From: Octopus sinensis
Lineage: Eukaryota
Direction of reading: 5' to 3'
Assembly (NCBI RefSeq): GCF_006345805.1
Contig: NC_043001.1
Location: 682,001-746,000, forward strand
Length of the DNA stretch: 64,000 bases
In this document: positions 36,909-49,805 of the stretch, in pieces
Numbering within the stretch: the stretch's first letter is position 1
Layout of the letters: each line of letters begins with the position of its first letter
Notes under the pieces: generated by a model
The model's database searches: none
The model's input: the letters and a program-made list of their open reading frames with translations, nothing else
Told to the model about the DNA's origin: nothing
Program-made: the position numbers and the translations under genes

Positions 36909-38052
36909 TTCCATTGGTTTTTACTCTTTTAATATGATTCTTTATTTCCTTTCCTCTTCATCACTTCTCCTCTCTCCCTCACCCTCTCCACCCACTCCCA
37001 CCCACACTAACTCCATTTCTGGAGTTTTCTTCATTTTTTCTCTTCAAACCACCTTTCCTTCCCCCATCCCCCACCCCACAGTCTACCACTCTACACCCTG
37101 CCCTACCCTGACATGGAAGTTACTCTTTTTTCCTTCAAAAATTATTCACCAAGGTTACTCACCCCTCGCCCCACCGCAGCAGCAGCAGCAGCACAAAGAA
37201 AAAACAATGTTTAAAAACAAAAAGCCCCACCCACTATCCTCTCCCTACCATACTGGAACCCTTATTCTTTGCCAAGATCCTATCCAGAAAAGGATATCCG
37301 AGGAAATATTGATAGGCTATGACAGTGACTAATTAAGCTAATTAAGAGGTTAATAAGTCAATAGAGTTGGATCTTTAATGAGTCAAGAAGGATATTATTG
37401 GAAGTTTGGGTTGGAGGAATTCAGTAAAAGATCTTTGTTCCTCAGAATTTCTATTTGGTGGTTAACTGGGAACATTAAGGGACAGCCAGGAGACAGGCTA
37501 TAAAGAGGAAATCATGTATGAGTGTGTGTGTAGGTGGGTTCGTGACCGGAAAATATGTTTACATTTTTAAAAACGTATATATAAACAATCATAACTAGAT
37601 AAATATATTTGTCACATACCTGTGAAAAATATAAGAAATAGAGATAGATAAAATGAATAAATAAATAACTAAATCTATATAAAAGGCATGTATACGGACA
37701 AGATACGAAGTGAACCCGTTCACTCACACAAAGACACACAGAAGAGAAATTTCACAGATAGCCTCAACAATATCCACAATATGAATAACAACAACAGCAG
37801 CAGTAGGGACAATGATGATAATAACAGCAGCAACAACTACCATGATGAACAACCCCATGGATGAACACACAAGCACAGAGGGATACAAGAACTGTACCAA
37901 AGTTTTGGGTCTTAGGACAGCTACAGCACAATGGGGTGAGAGGAAGGTGGTGAGGGGAAGGCCATACTGCTGCTACGAACAATGACACACACAAACATGC
38001 ACATGTATGCACATGCACACAATGTCCCTTTACAATTTTGTTTAAAGCAAAA

Positions 38053-38097
38053 GTATTGCTGAAGAGGTCACAGATGTGTGACGAAAGATTTCCACAC
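38053..38097 (+). ncRNA. Hammerhead-like motif with canonical core
   Basis: CTGAAGA (38059-38065) plus G; 6-bp stem II GTCACA-gatg-TGTGAC; GAAA; short stem III; UC site; stem I is weak or eroded. Confidence 0.6.
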
Positions 38098-38209
38098 AAA
38101 AAACATGAGTTAAAAAATATATGAACAGTAATAAATGAATGAAGAACAAATATACAGTGCATGTGTTTATTTTGTCAAAAAAAAAAAAGAATGACAACTC
38201 CGAAATACA

Positions 38210-38242
<33 letters not shown>

Positions 38243-38919
38243 TGTATGTATGTATGTATGTATGTATGTATGTACGTATGTATGTATGTACGTATGTATG
38301 TATGTATGTATGTATGTATGTGTATATATATGTGTGTGTGTGTGTGTGTGTATACATATCAACAACACTGGTTGAGTCAGTGCTAACATATTTAATGTAG
38401 TGAGCATTAAAAAAGCTACCTAAAAATATTTACTTAGTGATTCAAAAACAAAAATCTGGTCAGAGATCGATATTAATTCAATGACTTTAGTGAATATGGG
38501 AGACAACTCTGGACATATTTTAGCCTCTTGACTTCAGTGAAGCGGGAACTTCATTGTATTTGCTGAAGTAGAACTGAGAGAACTTCTATAGAACTGTACC
38601 AGATTCTAAAAAATGAGTTTTAATATTGCTACAAAGTCATACATTTGAGGTAAACAACTAAATAAATACATAGAAATTGATTGATCTTTTACTGCACCTC
38701 CTGAAAGGTAAAGCTGACCTCAGTAAGATTTGAACTCAAAATCATGAAGTGTTTTGTGTCCCATTCTTTTGATTCTGTTACTTGTCCCCATTGCAAAATT
38801 GTAATTATGAAATAAAATACTTGATGTTATTATGTTATGTAAATATATTCATGAGTTTCATTGCTTGCAGACCATATCATTGGTTAGTTTACAGCGTGTC
38901 ATTGAGAAAGCAACAATGC

Positions 38920-38937
38920 TGCTGCCATCTGCTGGTG
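38920..38937 (-). promoter_or_regulatory. Candidate CTCF-binding site
   Basis: The - strand CACCAGCAGATGGCAGCA matches the CTCF core consensus and lies in apparently non-repeat AT-rich sequence. Confidence 0.5.
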
Positions 38938-41488
38938 TGAAGAATATCTGGTGGTCTTTAAATTAAACATATTCATAAAACTTGTTAAAGTACACAAAAG
39001 TCTTCTGTTTAATAACTTTCAAAATGTCATATTTATCTTGATGTCTGTCGAAAACTTTGTCGAAATATAATCGATAATATTTAGTCAAATATATTTTAGA
39101 ATATTCCGTCTTTCAAGATATATAATTATTAACGATTAATAATGAAATATCAGATCTGTTATTATTATTATTGTTTTATTAGCAAACATTTATAATACAT
39201 AATATCCTCTATTTTCTAATTGAAAATATTTACTTCCAAGTGGTTAATGAGAACTGGAATATTTTCACTTTTGTTATTTATCTTATTTATTTAGTTTTTA
39301 TATTTTAATTTCATTTTCAAAACTAGGCTATTCTGCAAATGAGTGAAGTTTGTTTGAAGTAGTAAGATTCATTTTGCTGTGTCACAAATATAATTAGAGT
39401 TGGAAGTGAAACTAATGTAAAGTTTAATGTTGAAAGTCTGCAAGAATTTCACAGAAGGTTTTTTTGCTTGTTGAGAACAAAGAGAATTGTGTTTGTTAAT
39501 AGAGAACAACTTGAACTGCTATCATTGTTGGTAGTAGGTAGTAGTAGTAGTAGTGAGGCTGATATTTCACTGTTGTCCATCTGTTTCATTCTTCACACTC
39601 CAATGCCTTCCAATGAGATGACCAGAGATGCATGAAGTTTCTTTCTTTCTTTTTCTTGTTATCTTTGTTCCCGCCTTTTTTGTTATCTTTTTTTCTTCTT
39701 CTTCATTTCATTTTCCATTTTAAAAAATATTCTCTATTTTTTTCTTCCATCTCTTGTCTTCCTTCTCTTCTCCTTCATCCCTCTCTGCTCTCTTCTTTTG
39801 GCCATTTTGTCATTTTGCCAGAGCCAGAATGGATTTTGAAAATCTTGACCAGTTACCTCTCATGTGTTGTTATTACTGTTATGGTTGTTATTCTTGTTGC
39901 TACAGCTGGCCAGTTCTAATTTAGAACTGAACTTTGAAATAAGGAATGAGGAATTTGTTGTTATTGTTTAACCCCTGGTCAGCCTTCAATGACCAGACCT
40001 AATATCAAAGCTGTTCCAGCCATGACCATCCTACATGTCCATTTACAGTATATATACAGCCCTGTTTATCCTAACTTGAATGGGTCTGTACCTGAGGCTT
40101 GGATCATTTTTACAGTTTTCCTTTTAATATAAAAGCCTCTCCTTTATCATTCATGTTACAATCTGTCTATCATCCAAACTCATACAACAGCCATCAGAGG
40201 GTTCCCCAGTGACCCTCAACTTTTCAACCTTAGGTGGTGAATTTGGTCTTCTTTTTTTCTCTTTCTTTCTCTATTTTTTTTTTTACTTTCTTTCAATTGT
40301 ATTCTCTGTTTTGTCTAATTTTCTAATTTAATTTTGTAAAACTATTGAGTATTATTGAAATCTTTAAATGCATAGGGTTACAAGCTTCCACAGTTTTTCA
40401 GAAGGCTCCCAAAATTCATGAAGGAAACTTAATGCGTCCCACTAAATAAAACGGAACATAAATATTTTTAGATTATAAAATAAATTTGAAATTTTGTTTA
40501 ATTTCACCAAATTTTTGATTATTTTCAAAAGTCATAGACATGATATTTCTTGAGAAATATGACCACTGGATGGTTTATCAAATACATTTTTTATATTTCT
40601 AATATAGTAGCCATGAGTGCTGTGATATTTGGCTGCTATTTCTAGAAGGTTAAATGTCCATATAAAAGCTTATTCATTGGTTCCTATTAATTTTTTTGCT
40701 TCTAAGGCTGGGTTCACTTAGGAAATGAGGTGTACAGTGAGGTATTCTGTTGCTTTGTAGGGGGCAAGAGTAGAGGCATGGTAGGACACACATTACAAAT
40801 GTTGGAGCTACTCAGCATTTTGGTAGGGAGTGGTAATACAGACATGATGGAGGAGTAGGCGGGGGGGGGGGGCATGTAAAAGGTTTCTTTGAGGGACCAA
40901 CTGTCTTATCAAATTTATGACTGTTTACAGTAGTGCAAGGTTTAAGTTTTGTGGAGTAAATATAAAGATGGAAATAGAAGGTCTGTGATTGCCAGAGGCA
41001 TAGGGCTGAGGTGGGGAAGTAGAGAGAGAGAGAGGAGTCCAGTGATACAGAGAGTGGGTGAGATCAGGCTAATGTGTGTGTGTGTGGTCAGTGAAAAGAT
41101 GCTAGTGTGAGGGTTTAGGGTGCTGTTAGTCCTCCTCTAATAAAAGAATAATAAATATATTCTCTATAAAAAGTATCAAGTAATTCAAAAGTTTAATGTA
41201 AAATGAAGTCAACATAAAACCATAGATTAATGTGTGTGTGTGTGTGTGTGTGTTTGTATCTTTATGCTTGTATCTTTTATCTTTCACTTGTATCAATCAT
41301 TAGATTGTGGCCATGTTGGAGCATTGCCTTGAAGGGTTTAGTTGAACAAACTGGCCCCAATATTTACATTTTGTTTTTATCAAGCTAAGTCCTTGTTCTG
41401 TCAGTCACCTTTTGGCAAACTGCAATGTAAACAAACTGATACCTTTTGTCAAGCGGTGGGAGGGAACAAGCACAAAGACATAAACATA

Positions 41489-41531
<43 letters not shown>

Positions 41532-41540
41532 ACACACACA

Positions 41541-41575
<35 letters not shown>

Positions 41576-41840
41576 TCACAAACAAAGCAAAAAACAATCT
41601 TCTCTGGAATTTATTTCCCTAATATGTTTGACTAAGCTTAAGTCAACTTGATGTTACAATGGAAAACACAGAATGCAGCCAATAAACTTTGTCAAGTGGT
41701 TGGTGTTAGGAAGAGCATCCACTCATAGGAACCATGTCCAAAATATACAACGGAGCCAACCTCTGCCAGAAGGAAAAGCGAGATGGAAAATGGTGATAAG
41801 GACAGACCTAAGCATATAGACAGTTGCGTGTGTGTGTGCA

Positions 41841-41914
<74 letters not shown>

Positions 41915-42071
41915 TGTGTGTGTGTGTGTGTATACACAAGGCACAAAAACATGTGAAAACTCTGCTTAAGTATGGCGTTACTTAGTTGTGATGGTTAAAG
42001 GAAACTAATGGACATGCCTAGGAACGTATGTTCATATGTATGTATGCATCTATGTATTATGTATGTATGTA

Positions 42072-42102
<31 letters not shown>

Positions 42103-42169
42103 ATGTATGTGTGTGTGTGTATGTATGTATGTATGTATGTATGTGTGCATGTATGTATGTATGCATAAG

Positions 42170-43368
42170 TGTTGCTTTCAGAAGGCTAGAAAAGCGCCTC
42201 TGGAGTCGGCGAGACATATGCAGAAAGACAAAGATAAAGGTGTACAAGGCATGTGTGCTCCCTTCTCTTCTCTATGCCTGCGAGACGTGGGTCACATATC
42301 GATACCACCTTAAACAACTGGAACGTTTTGATCAGATGTGCCTCAGACGGATCTATGGCATTAAGTAGGAGGACTGCATCAGTGATCTTGAAATACTCGA
42401 AGGCTCTTGGTGTGAAAGTATAGAAGCTCTTGTGTTAAAGCAAAGGCTCAGATGGAGTGGTCATCTGGTCAGGATGAAGGATTCAAGGATGCCAAAACAA
42501 CTCTTTTATGGAGAGTTAGCTAAAGGAGAACGACCTCCACATAAACCAAAAAAAGAGGTATAAGGACTTGCTGAAGGCTTCCTTAACCCTTTAGTGTTCA
42601 GATTATTCTATCAAACATAATACTTATTGATTCCCATTGATTTGAATTAATCATGCATTATCTCATATCTTCAAGATCTTGATGGTGTAATTACTTAATG
42701 TAGAATAACATTGTAGGGTAGGTGTGAGAGCCTGGATCTGATCAGTTTGAACATAAAACAGATTAGCTATTTTGGCCGGATATGGCCGGTTTAAATACTA
42801 AAGGGTTAAGAGATGCTTGCATCTCTCCTGATACATGGGAAGGCGTAACTATTGATCGTAGCAGGTGGAGAAGGATTGTGCACAAGGGGACAGCCACTTT
42901 TGAGAAATCTCGAGTTGCACATGAGAAAGTAAGGAGGGATGTCAGGAAGGGCATCGCTGTTACACTTCCAGAAGGGAAGGGTCTTCCTTTGATTCTGACA
43001 TGCAATGTCTGTACAAGACACTGCCTCAGTAAAGCTGGACTCAAGAGTCATCTTCGTAGTCATAAAACGAGGCAGATGAGTGACAACCTGGCCACTGGTG
43101 GTGGTGTAACACACCATATTAATCATATCTGTCGGGCATGTGGAAGAGAGTGTAATTCGGCAGGAGGACTTAAACGACATGCAAAGGTACATGAAGCCCA
43201 GTTACAACTACAGCCGGCCATTACCAGTAAAGGTCTTAGCTGCCAATTTTGTACAAGACATTGTAGATCTTTAGCTGGGCTAAAACGTCACATTCGATCA
43301 CAGCACCAGTAACAGTTAAGCGTGCAATGGCCATACTCGATAATGAGGGGGCAGCCATAAAAAAAAAA
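42170..43368 (+). mobile_element. 5'-truncated RTE LINE with three C-terminal C2H2 zinc fingers, interrupted by a piggyBac MITE
   Basis: AFRRLEKRLW...TKIKVYKACVLPSLLYACETW...LRWSGHLVRM; CNVC..H..H, CRAC..H..H and CQFC..H..H; stop at 43312 followed by a short tail and poly(A). Confidence 0.9.
42587..42805. mobile_element. piggyBac-type MITE (219 bp) with TTAA target-site duplication
   Basis: TTAA|CCCTTTAGT ... ACTAAAGGG|TTAA; removing it restores the LINE frame KDLLKASLRDACISPDTWE. Confidence 0.92.
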
Positions 43369-43760
43369 TGTATGTATGTATGCATGTGTGTATGTATGTA
43401 TGTATGCATGTATGTATGTATGTATGTATGTGTGCATGTATGTATGTATGCATCTATGTATGCATCTATGTATGTATGTATGTATGTGTGTATGCATCTA
43501 TATATGTATGTATGTATGTATGTGTGTATGTATGTATGTATGTATGTATGTATGCATGCATGCATGTATGTATGTATGCATGCATGTATGTATGTATGTG
43601 TGCATGTATGTATGTGTGCATGCATGTATGTGTGCATGCATGTATGTGTGCATGCATGCATGCATGTATGTATGTATGTATGTATGTATGAACGAATGTA
43701 TGTATGTGTGTATGTGTGTGTGTATGTATGTATGTATGTATGTATATGTATGCATACATA
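43368..43760. repeat. (ATGT/ATGC)n microsatellite
   Basis: Seen directly. Confidence 0.95.
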
Positions 43761-43835
43761 TTGTACATTTGAATGCCTATGTCTGTATGTGTGTATGTAC
43801 CTATACAAGTTTGTGCATTTTTATATATATATATA

Positions 43836-44026
43836 GGTGCAGCAGTGGCCATGTGATAAGAAGCTTGCTTCCCAACCACATGGTTCCAGGTTCAGTCCCA
43901 CTGCTTGGCACCATAGGTAAGTGTCTTCTACTATAGCCGCTGGCTAACCAAAGCCTTGTGAGTGGATTTGTTAGACAGAAACTGAAAGAAACCCGTCGTG
44001 TGTGTGTGTGTATATATTACATATTT

Positions 44027-44091
<65 letters not shown>

Positions 44092-44300
44092 GTTTGTATT
44101 TGTGTGTCTGTGTTTGTCCTCCAACATCGCTTGACAACCGTTGTTGGTGTGTTTACATCCCTGTAATCTAGCAGTTCGGCAAAATAGATCAATAGAATTA
44201 CCAGGCTTACAAAGAGTAAGTCCTGGGGTCAATTTGTTCGACAAAAGGCGGTGCTCCAGCATGGCCGCAGTCAAATGGCTGAAACAAGTAAAAGAATAAA
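43836..44300 (+). mobile_element. tRNA-derived SINE family A, full length
   Basis: Co-linear with 5354-5798; B-box-like GGTTCAGTCCC. Confidence 0.88.
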
Positions 44301-44708
44301 AGGAATTAAAGAACACACACACACTTGTATTCCGTCTGTTTCTCTCAAGCAAACATTCAAAAACTGAATTATTTCCTCTAAGAAGTAAACTGGAATTTCA
44401 ATTAATCCAAGGGAGATAACTAGAAACTTCCATTGCTCACAGTCGACGCCTGTAAATGTGGTTTTGTATAAAGGATACCCGAAGCCACTTAAAAGCCGCA
44501 ACTAGTTTATATAGTCACAGAGTCTAAACTGTATGTGGTTAGTTGTAGTTATTATTGCAGGAACATAACAAAAGAAATAATAAAGCAATTCTCTTTAATA
44601 ATTAAATGAAATCTAGATATTTCATCTGAATATCTCAGAGATATTAACAAGAGATATTTGGAAAGAGTTTGGACTAATATTTTGAAATGCTTAATACTGA
44701 GACACACA

Positions 44709-44752
<44 letters not shown>

Positions 44753-45209
44753 CATGGTAATGATGATGATGACACACTCACACAATCATACACGTGTTAT
44801 ATTATACCATATATAAAAGAGAATTTTTATTATAAAGTTGTATTCATTGTCATGTTATCACCAACACCAGCAGTAACACTACTACTACTACTACTACCGC
44901 CGCCGCCGCCACCGCCACCACCACCACCACCACCACCACCACCACCACCACTACCACCACCTCTTCTGCCTTTGTTGTCTTTCAATTCACATTTTCCATG
45001 CCGGCATTGGTTAGATGAGAATTATCAAGGCAGTTTCCATTGGCTGAATGCCCTTCCTGTGGTCAACTCTTGTTTTTTAGATAAGCTATTTCTGTCATTT
45101 CCTCCATTTTCACTCGAGGCCATGCTCAAACACACACATACAGAGAGGCTTTCAACTAGGGTGTACCATATTGTCATATAATCTTTTTTACAACACGTGA
45201 ACCTTTTGA

Positions 45210-45385
45210 GCAATGGAGCAAGGTCCTGATATTTGAGTCCAGTGCTTAACTGCTACTTTTTTTTTTACTGATTCTGAAAAGATGAAAGTCAATGTTGACT
45301 TTGGCTGAATTTGAATCCACAATCTAAAGATGGACAAAAAGATGCAATTAATTTTTGTTCAGCATGCTAACGATTCTGCCAGCTT
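45210..45385 (-). mobile_element. Degenerate SINE family B
   Basis: GATGAAAGTCAATGTTGAC...GAATTTGAA...GCTAACGATTCTGCCAGCT. Confidence 0.65.
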
Positions 45386-46867
45386 TTTGTCTTAATCTTA
45401 TCTTACATGTACACAAAATATTTGGGTGATTGAAAGGATAAGAAACAGGAAGGTATCCCACCGTAAAAAAAGAACAACAACAAAAAAAGAAAAAAACTAC
45501 CTCAAAATAAGACTGGTACCATAGAGTCTAGCATGGGAAGGTGAATGGGAAATGATCACACACACGCACACTACAAACAGTTCTCATGTATTTTTCATTT
45601 CCTAGTTTTTCCTTACAAGGCATTGATATGCTTGGGCGTATGGCAGAAGATACTTGTCCATTGTGTAATATTCAGTCTAGTATTGAACCCAGAACCAAGT
45701 GGTTGCAAAGCAAATTCCTCCACAGCACAGCGACGAATGCTTTTGGACAGTTCTTTTCAAATTTAAAAAAAATCAATTCTGTTCAGACATAACTCTTGTT
45801 GCAGTCTATTAGTTGACCCCTTTCCGCTACCCCTCGTTTTCTGAATGTGTTTTATCTTCTTTTCTTTCTAAAAGGTCAGGCCATGTAAGAAAGATAATCA
45901 TTATCTGTCATGTACCACTTGCCTGCCCTTGGTATTCATTCTCTGCTGGTGATGGAAATTATCATTATTATTATTGTTGTTGTTGTTGTTGTAGTTATTT
46001 GACTTCTTATCTTATTAACAATGATCCCTTTAGTTAATTACACTTATACAACACCAAATTTTTAGGAACTTCAAGCTTTCCTTACACAAACAACTAAAAG
46101 CATTTAATGTATGTCTTGTGTGATGTTCTTCCTCTTCCCTCAACCTCTTCATTGTCCTTACATTATATCCAACTCTGATTCACTTTGCATTAAAAAAGAA
46201 AAACAGAAGCGCATGAATGAACCTTTTTTTCTTTTTATCTCTTATGTAGTTTGAGTCAATGTCTAAAGTTACTTCCATTGGCCAGTTATCTTTTTTGCCT
46301 TCTGCTCCTTATTCTTTAGTTTGGCAGAATTTTAGCATTCATATTGGCTTTCACCATTTCAGATCTTACCTTGAACTTCCACATTTCACTGTCAAGAATT
46401 TCCCACATCTCTTATAAGGTTCAAAACATTTATTTTTCTAATTGAGATGGCTCACAATTGTATGGAACAACAACCTCTGTGTTTGTGTGTGTTTAAAAGA
46501 GTTTGCAAAATATACATGATATAATCACAGTATTTGAAGAAAGATTTTCTTACAAGTTTTTAACTGTTTGAAAAGGTCTTAGAAAAATAGAAAGACACAA
46601 ACCTTTTGGAATGAAGCTTTTGTATTGTGTGTGTGATTGCTTTTGTTGTTCAAATTTCCAAGCATATGCATTGTGGGGTCATCTGTATGGAGGAAGTGGT
46701 TTCTGTGTAGGAGTCAATAATGGATGAAAAGACAACACAGACATATATACAAATATCCACTCAGACAAATACACTGGAATCAATTTTTTTAGTCAAAACT
46801 GGGATTCAGCCCACTTCCTGTATTTCAACTACTTTCTTGGTGAATTAATTAACTTAGCGATTTGTGC

Positions 46868-47165
46868 TCAAGGGGTTATCTGAACGAAACAGGAATTTTA
46901 TTATATTATTTTATTCACCTAGTTTCACATGTTTACACTTTTACTGCTTTCAAAGTATTCTCCATTTGAAGCAATACATCTGTCCAGACATGCTTTCCAC
47001 CATTCGAAGCAGTGCTGGAACTTTCGCTTCATTTCTTCCACATCTGCAAATTCCATAGCACCAGTTTTCATCACCAGTGATGACCATCAAAAAATGGTCT
47101 GAAGCAACTTCTGTTCTTTCAGTTCATGACATGCATTCAGCCATGAATGCTTTTGATCTTCTGTG
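46868..47165 (-). mobile_element. Internally deleted mariner-type element
   Basis: The - strand gives TEDQKHSWLNACHELKEQ and VITGDENWCYG, then jumps to the C-terminal FQHCFEWWKACLDRCIASNGEYFE. Confidence 0.75.
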
Positions 47166-47402
47166 TATATGTATGTAGTATAATGAGTTCCTAACATTTA
47201 AAACAAAAATCTCCTTCTAAAGGTGTATAAAATCTCTTTAAGAAATGAGAACATCTCCAATTGGTGGTCATCTAAATTTTATTGAAAAACGTAGGAGTGG
47301 TGAGGGTTACGAAGTTGTGAAAGAGTTATTTAACAAATTAATATTTTATGGAAAAAGCAATTAAAGAATGGATCTGATGCTCGTCAGGTTTTCTTGTTTG
47401 AC

Positions 47403-47446
<44 letters not shown>

Positions 47447-47670
47447 AGAGAAAAGAAACATTGAAAATATTATTGATGTTCTTGTGCTTTAAGATGCATA
47501 TGGTGCAATGAATATAATGCACTCTTTACACTCTGTAAAGTGGTTAGCGTTAAGAAGGGTCCCAGTCGCAGAAACTGTGACAAAACTGAGATAGCTGAGC
47601 ATGATAAAATCCTTTATCTCATCTAAGGGGTTGGGACTTCAGGAAGAATAGAACCATCTATCCCATACTA

Positions 47671-48931
47671 TTGGGTTGGCAACTAAGTTCCCACCATTTA
47701 AAAAATTTTGGAATTTATTGCGTTTTTAAATTTTGGAATCTATTTTTTGGGGGAATTCTATTTTTGAATCAGTTTGGAATCTATTTTGTTTTTCTTCTAG
47801 TTACTTTTAGTTAATTTTTGTTTATTTTCAGATCATTTAAATGGAATGTCAAGAAAAACAAGCATTTTTGACACCTCCTTCTTTTTGCCTTTAATCAAGG
47901 TTCTAAGGCCGCAAAAGCTGCTCACGGCATTTGTGCTATGTATGGAGAGGGTGCCATAGCTGAAAGAACCACTCGTGATTGGTATGCCAAGTTCAAAAAT
48001 GGAAATTTTGACCTCAAAGATGCACCTCGTTCTGGCCATCCAGTTGAGTTTGATGAAGAGCAATTAAACCAACTTTTGCATGAAAATTCTCATCAAATGA
48101 CAAGAAAACTTGCAGAGAAAATGGAATGCTCCCACACTACTATAGAGAAGCATCTTCACTCGATAGGAAAGGTTCAGAGGTATGGAGCATGGGTTCCACA
48201 TGCTTTAAGTGACAACAACAAAAATCAGTGAGCCACAATCTCCGCTGGTTTGCTTGCTCATCACAGCTCAACTCATGGACATAAGCAACGATTTCTTTAC
48301 CAAATCATTACTGGCGACAAAAAATGGTGCCTGTACAACAATATGAAGCAGCGGAAAGGAATGGCTTAGCTCTGGTAAACAAGCAACACCATGCATGAAA
48401 CAAGATCTTCATCTGCATAAAATGATGTTGTACATATGGTGGAACTGAGAAGGGATTATCCATTACAACTTGCTTGAATGGAATCAAATGGTCAACATGG
48501 AACTCTATGTTCAACAGATGAAATGACTCAACATGGCTATTCAAGAGAAAAGACCTAATTGGCGGCATGGAGTTCTTGTGCTGCATGACAATGCCCACCC
48601 CACATATCGCCAATATGTCCAAGGAAGCCATTCAAATGCTTGGCTGAGAAGTGCTGCCACAGCTGCTGTACTTTCCTGATTTGGCATCAACGGATTTCCA
48701 CCTCTTTCGATCTCTTTCAAGTGCTTTGCTCGGAGTTTCGTTCAATACTGATGCAGAAATGAGAGCTTGGTTGGATCAATTTTACGATTCAAAATCAGGT
48801 GATTTCTACCAACGAGGTATTGAAAATCGTGTTGAACGTTGGGAAGAAGTTGAAAACAACAAGGGTGAATACAGTATTGTTTAATTGTTATTTTTTATTA
48901 AACCATTCAAATTTTTTAAAATGGCGGGAAA
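47671..48931 (+). mobile_element. Near-full-length mariner (DD34D) element with transposase pseudogene (47841-48884)
   Basis: TA|TTGGGTTGGCAACTAAG left TIR; WYAKFKNGNFDLKDAPRSG, WVPHAL, ITGD, LHDNA and YFPDLASTDFHLFRSL; right TIR partly retained (AATTTTTTAAAATGGCGGGAA); stops and frameshifts. Confidence 0.93.
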
Positions 48932-49616
48932 ATAGGTGTAAGTGATGTTACAAACACACACACACATTCTATATACCAAAGACATTCCTTTTCCATGTAA
49001 GCTTTACAATTGTTATTTTAAGCCTCTAAGTTCTGCAGTGGAAGAACATGATTAAGAAATAATGCAAGAAACCCTTTTATTCTTGCTATCCTGCCAACCA
49101 GTTGATATGAGTTGGTGGAGAGAGTGATAGTTGGTTGTGGGGTTGGTAAACCAACTCTAATTACAATCTTTAATAAGACTAATTTGTTTTGCCAGTTAGT
49201 CACCTCTAACAAGTAAAGAATTTCTATGAGAAGAATAATTAACATAGAATATTTGAGACGAGATCTTCTCACTAAAAACATTGTTTTGTTGCCTTAAACA
49301 AAATTGTAATTATTTTCTGAGGCACATTGCCTAAAAAATGGTTTTCCAGACTGTTTAAATTGATTGAATCAATGCTTCATTCTTTCTTCCCCAGTACATT
49401 ACAGGTACACTGGAACAGTTTTAGTTCAGTGAATAAACTACAGTATAGAACTGGTGTTCAAACGGTATTATGTAACTTTGTCTTGATAACTCCCTCACCC
49501 ATCGCTGTACTCATTCATTATCCTGATACACCCCCACCCCACTAATATATAAGAAGAAAAATAGTCTGGTACCCAAAATGCTTGGAGAGTGTTAATAGTT
49601 TTATTTTAATTCAATA

Positions 49617-49805
49617 TGGTGGAAAGACAGCAAACCGGGCAAAACGCTTAGCTTCATTTCATCAGTCATTATGTTCTGAGTTCAAATGCTGCCAGGGTTG
49701 ACATTCACCTTTCATCCTTCTGGGGTTGGTGAAATAAATACCCGTTGAAGTCATTGACTTATTCACTCCCTCCAAAACTGCTGGCATTGTGCTAAAATGT
49801 GAAAC
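49617..49805 (+). mobile_element. SINE family B
   Basis: CCGGGCAAAACGCTTAGC...GTTCTGAGTTCAAAT...GTTGAC...CCTTTCATCCTT; B-box-like GTTCAAAT. Confidence 0.7.

Noticed and set aside
36598-37332. 244-aa ORF
   Set aside because: Arises from pyrimidine-rich low-complexity sequence lacking stops; no domain.
44687-45181. Poly-proline ORF
   Set aside because: CTA/CCG/CCA trinucleotide run joined to a decayed repeat tail.
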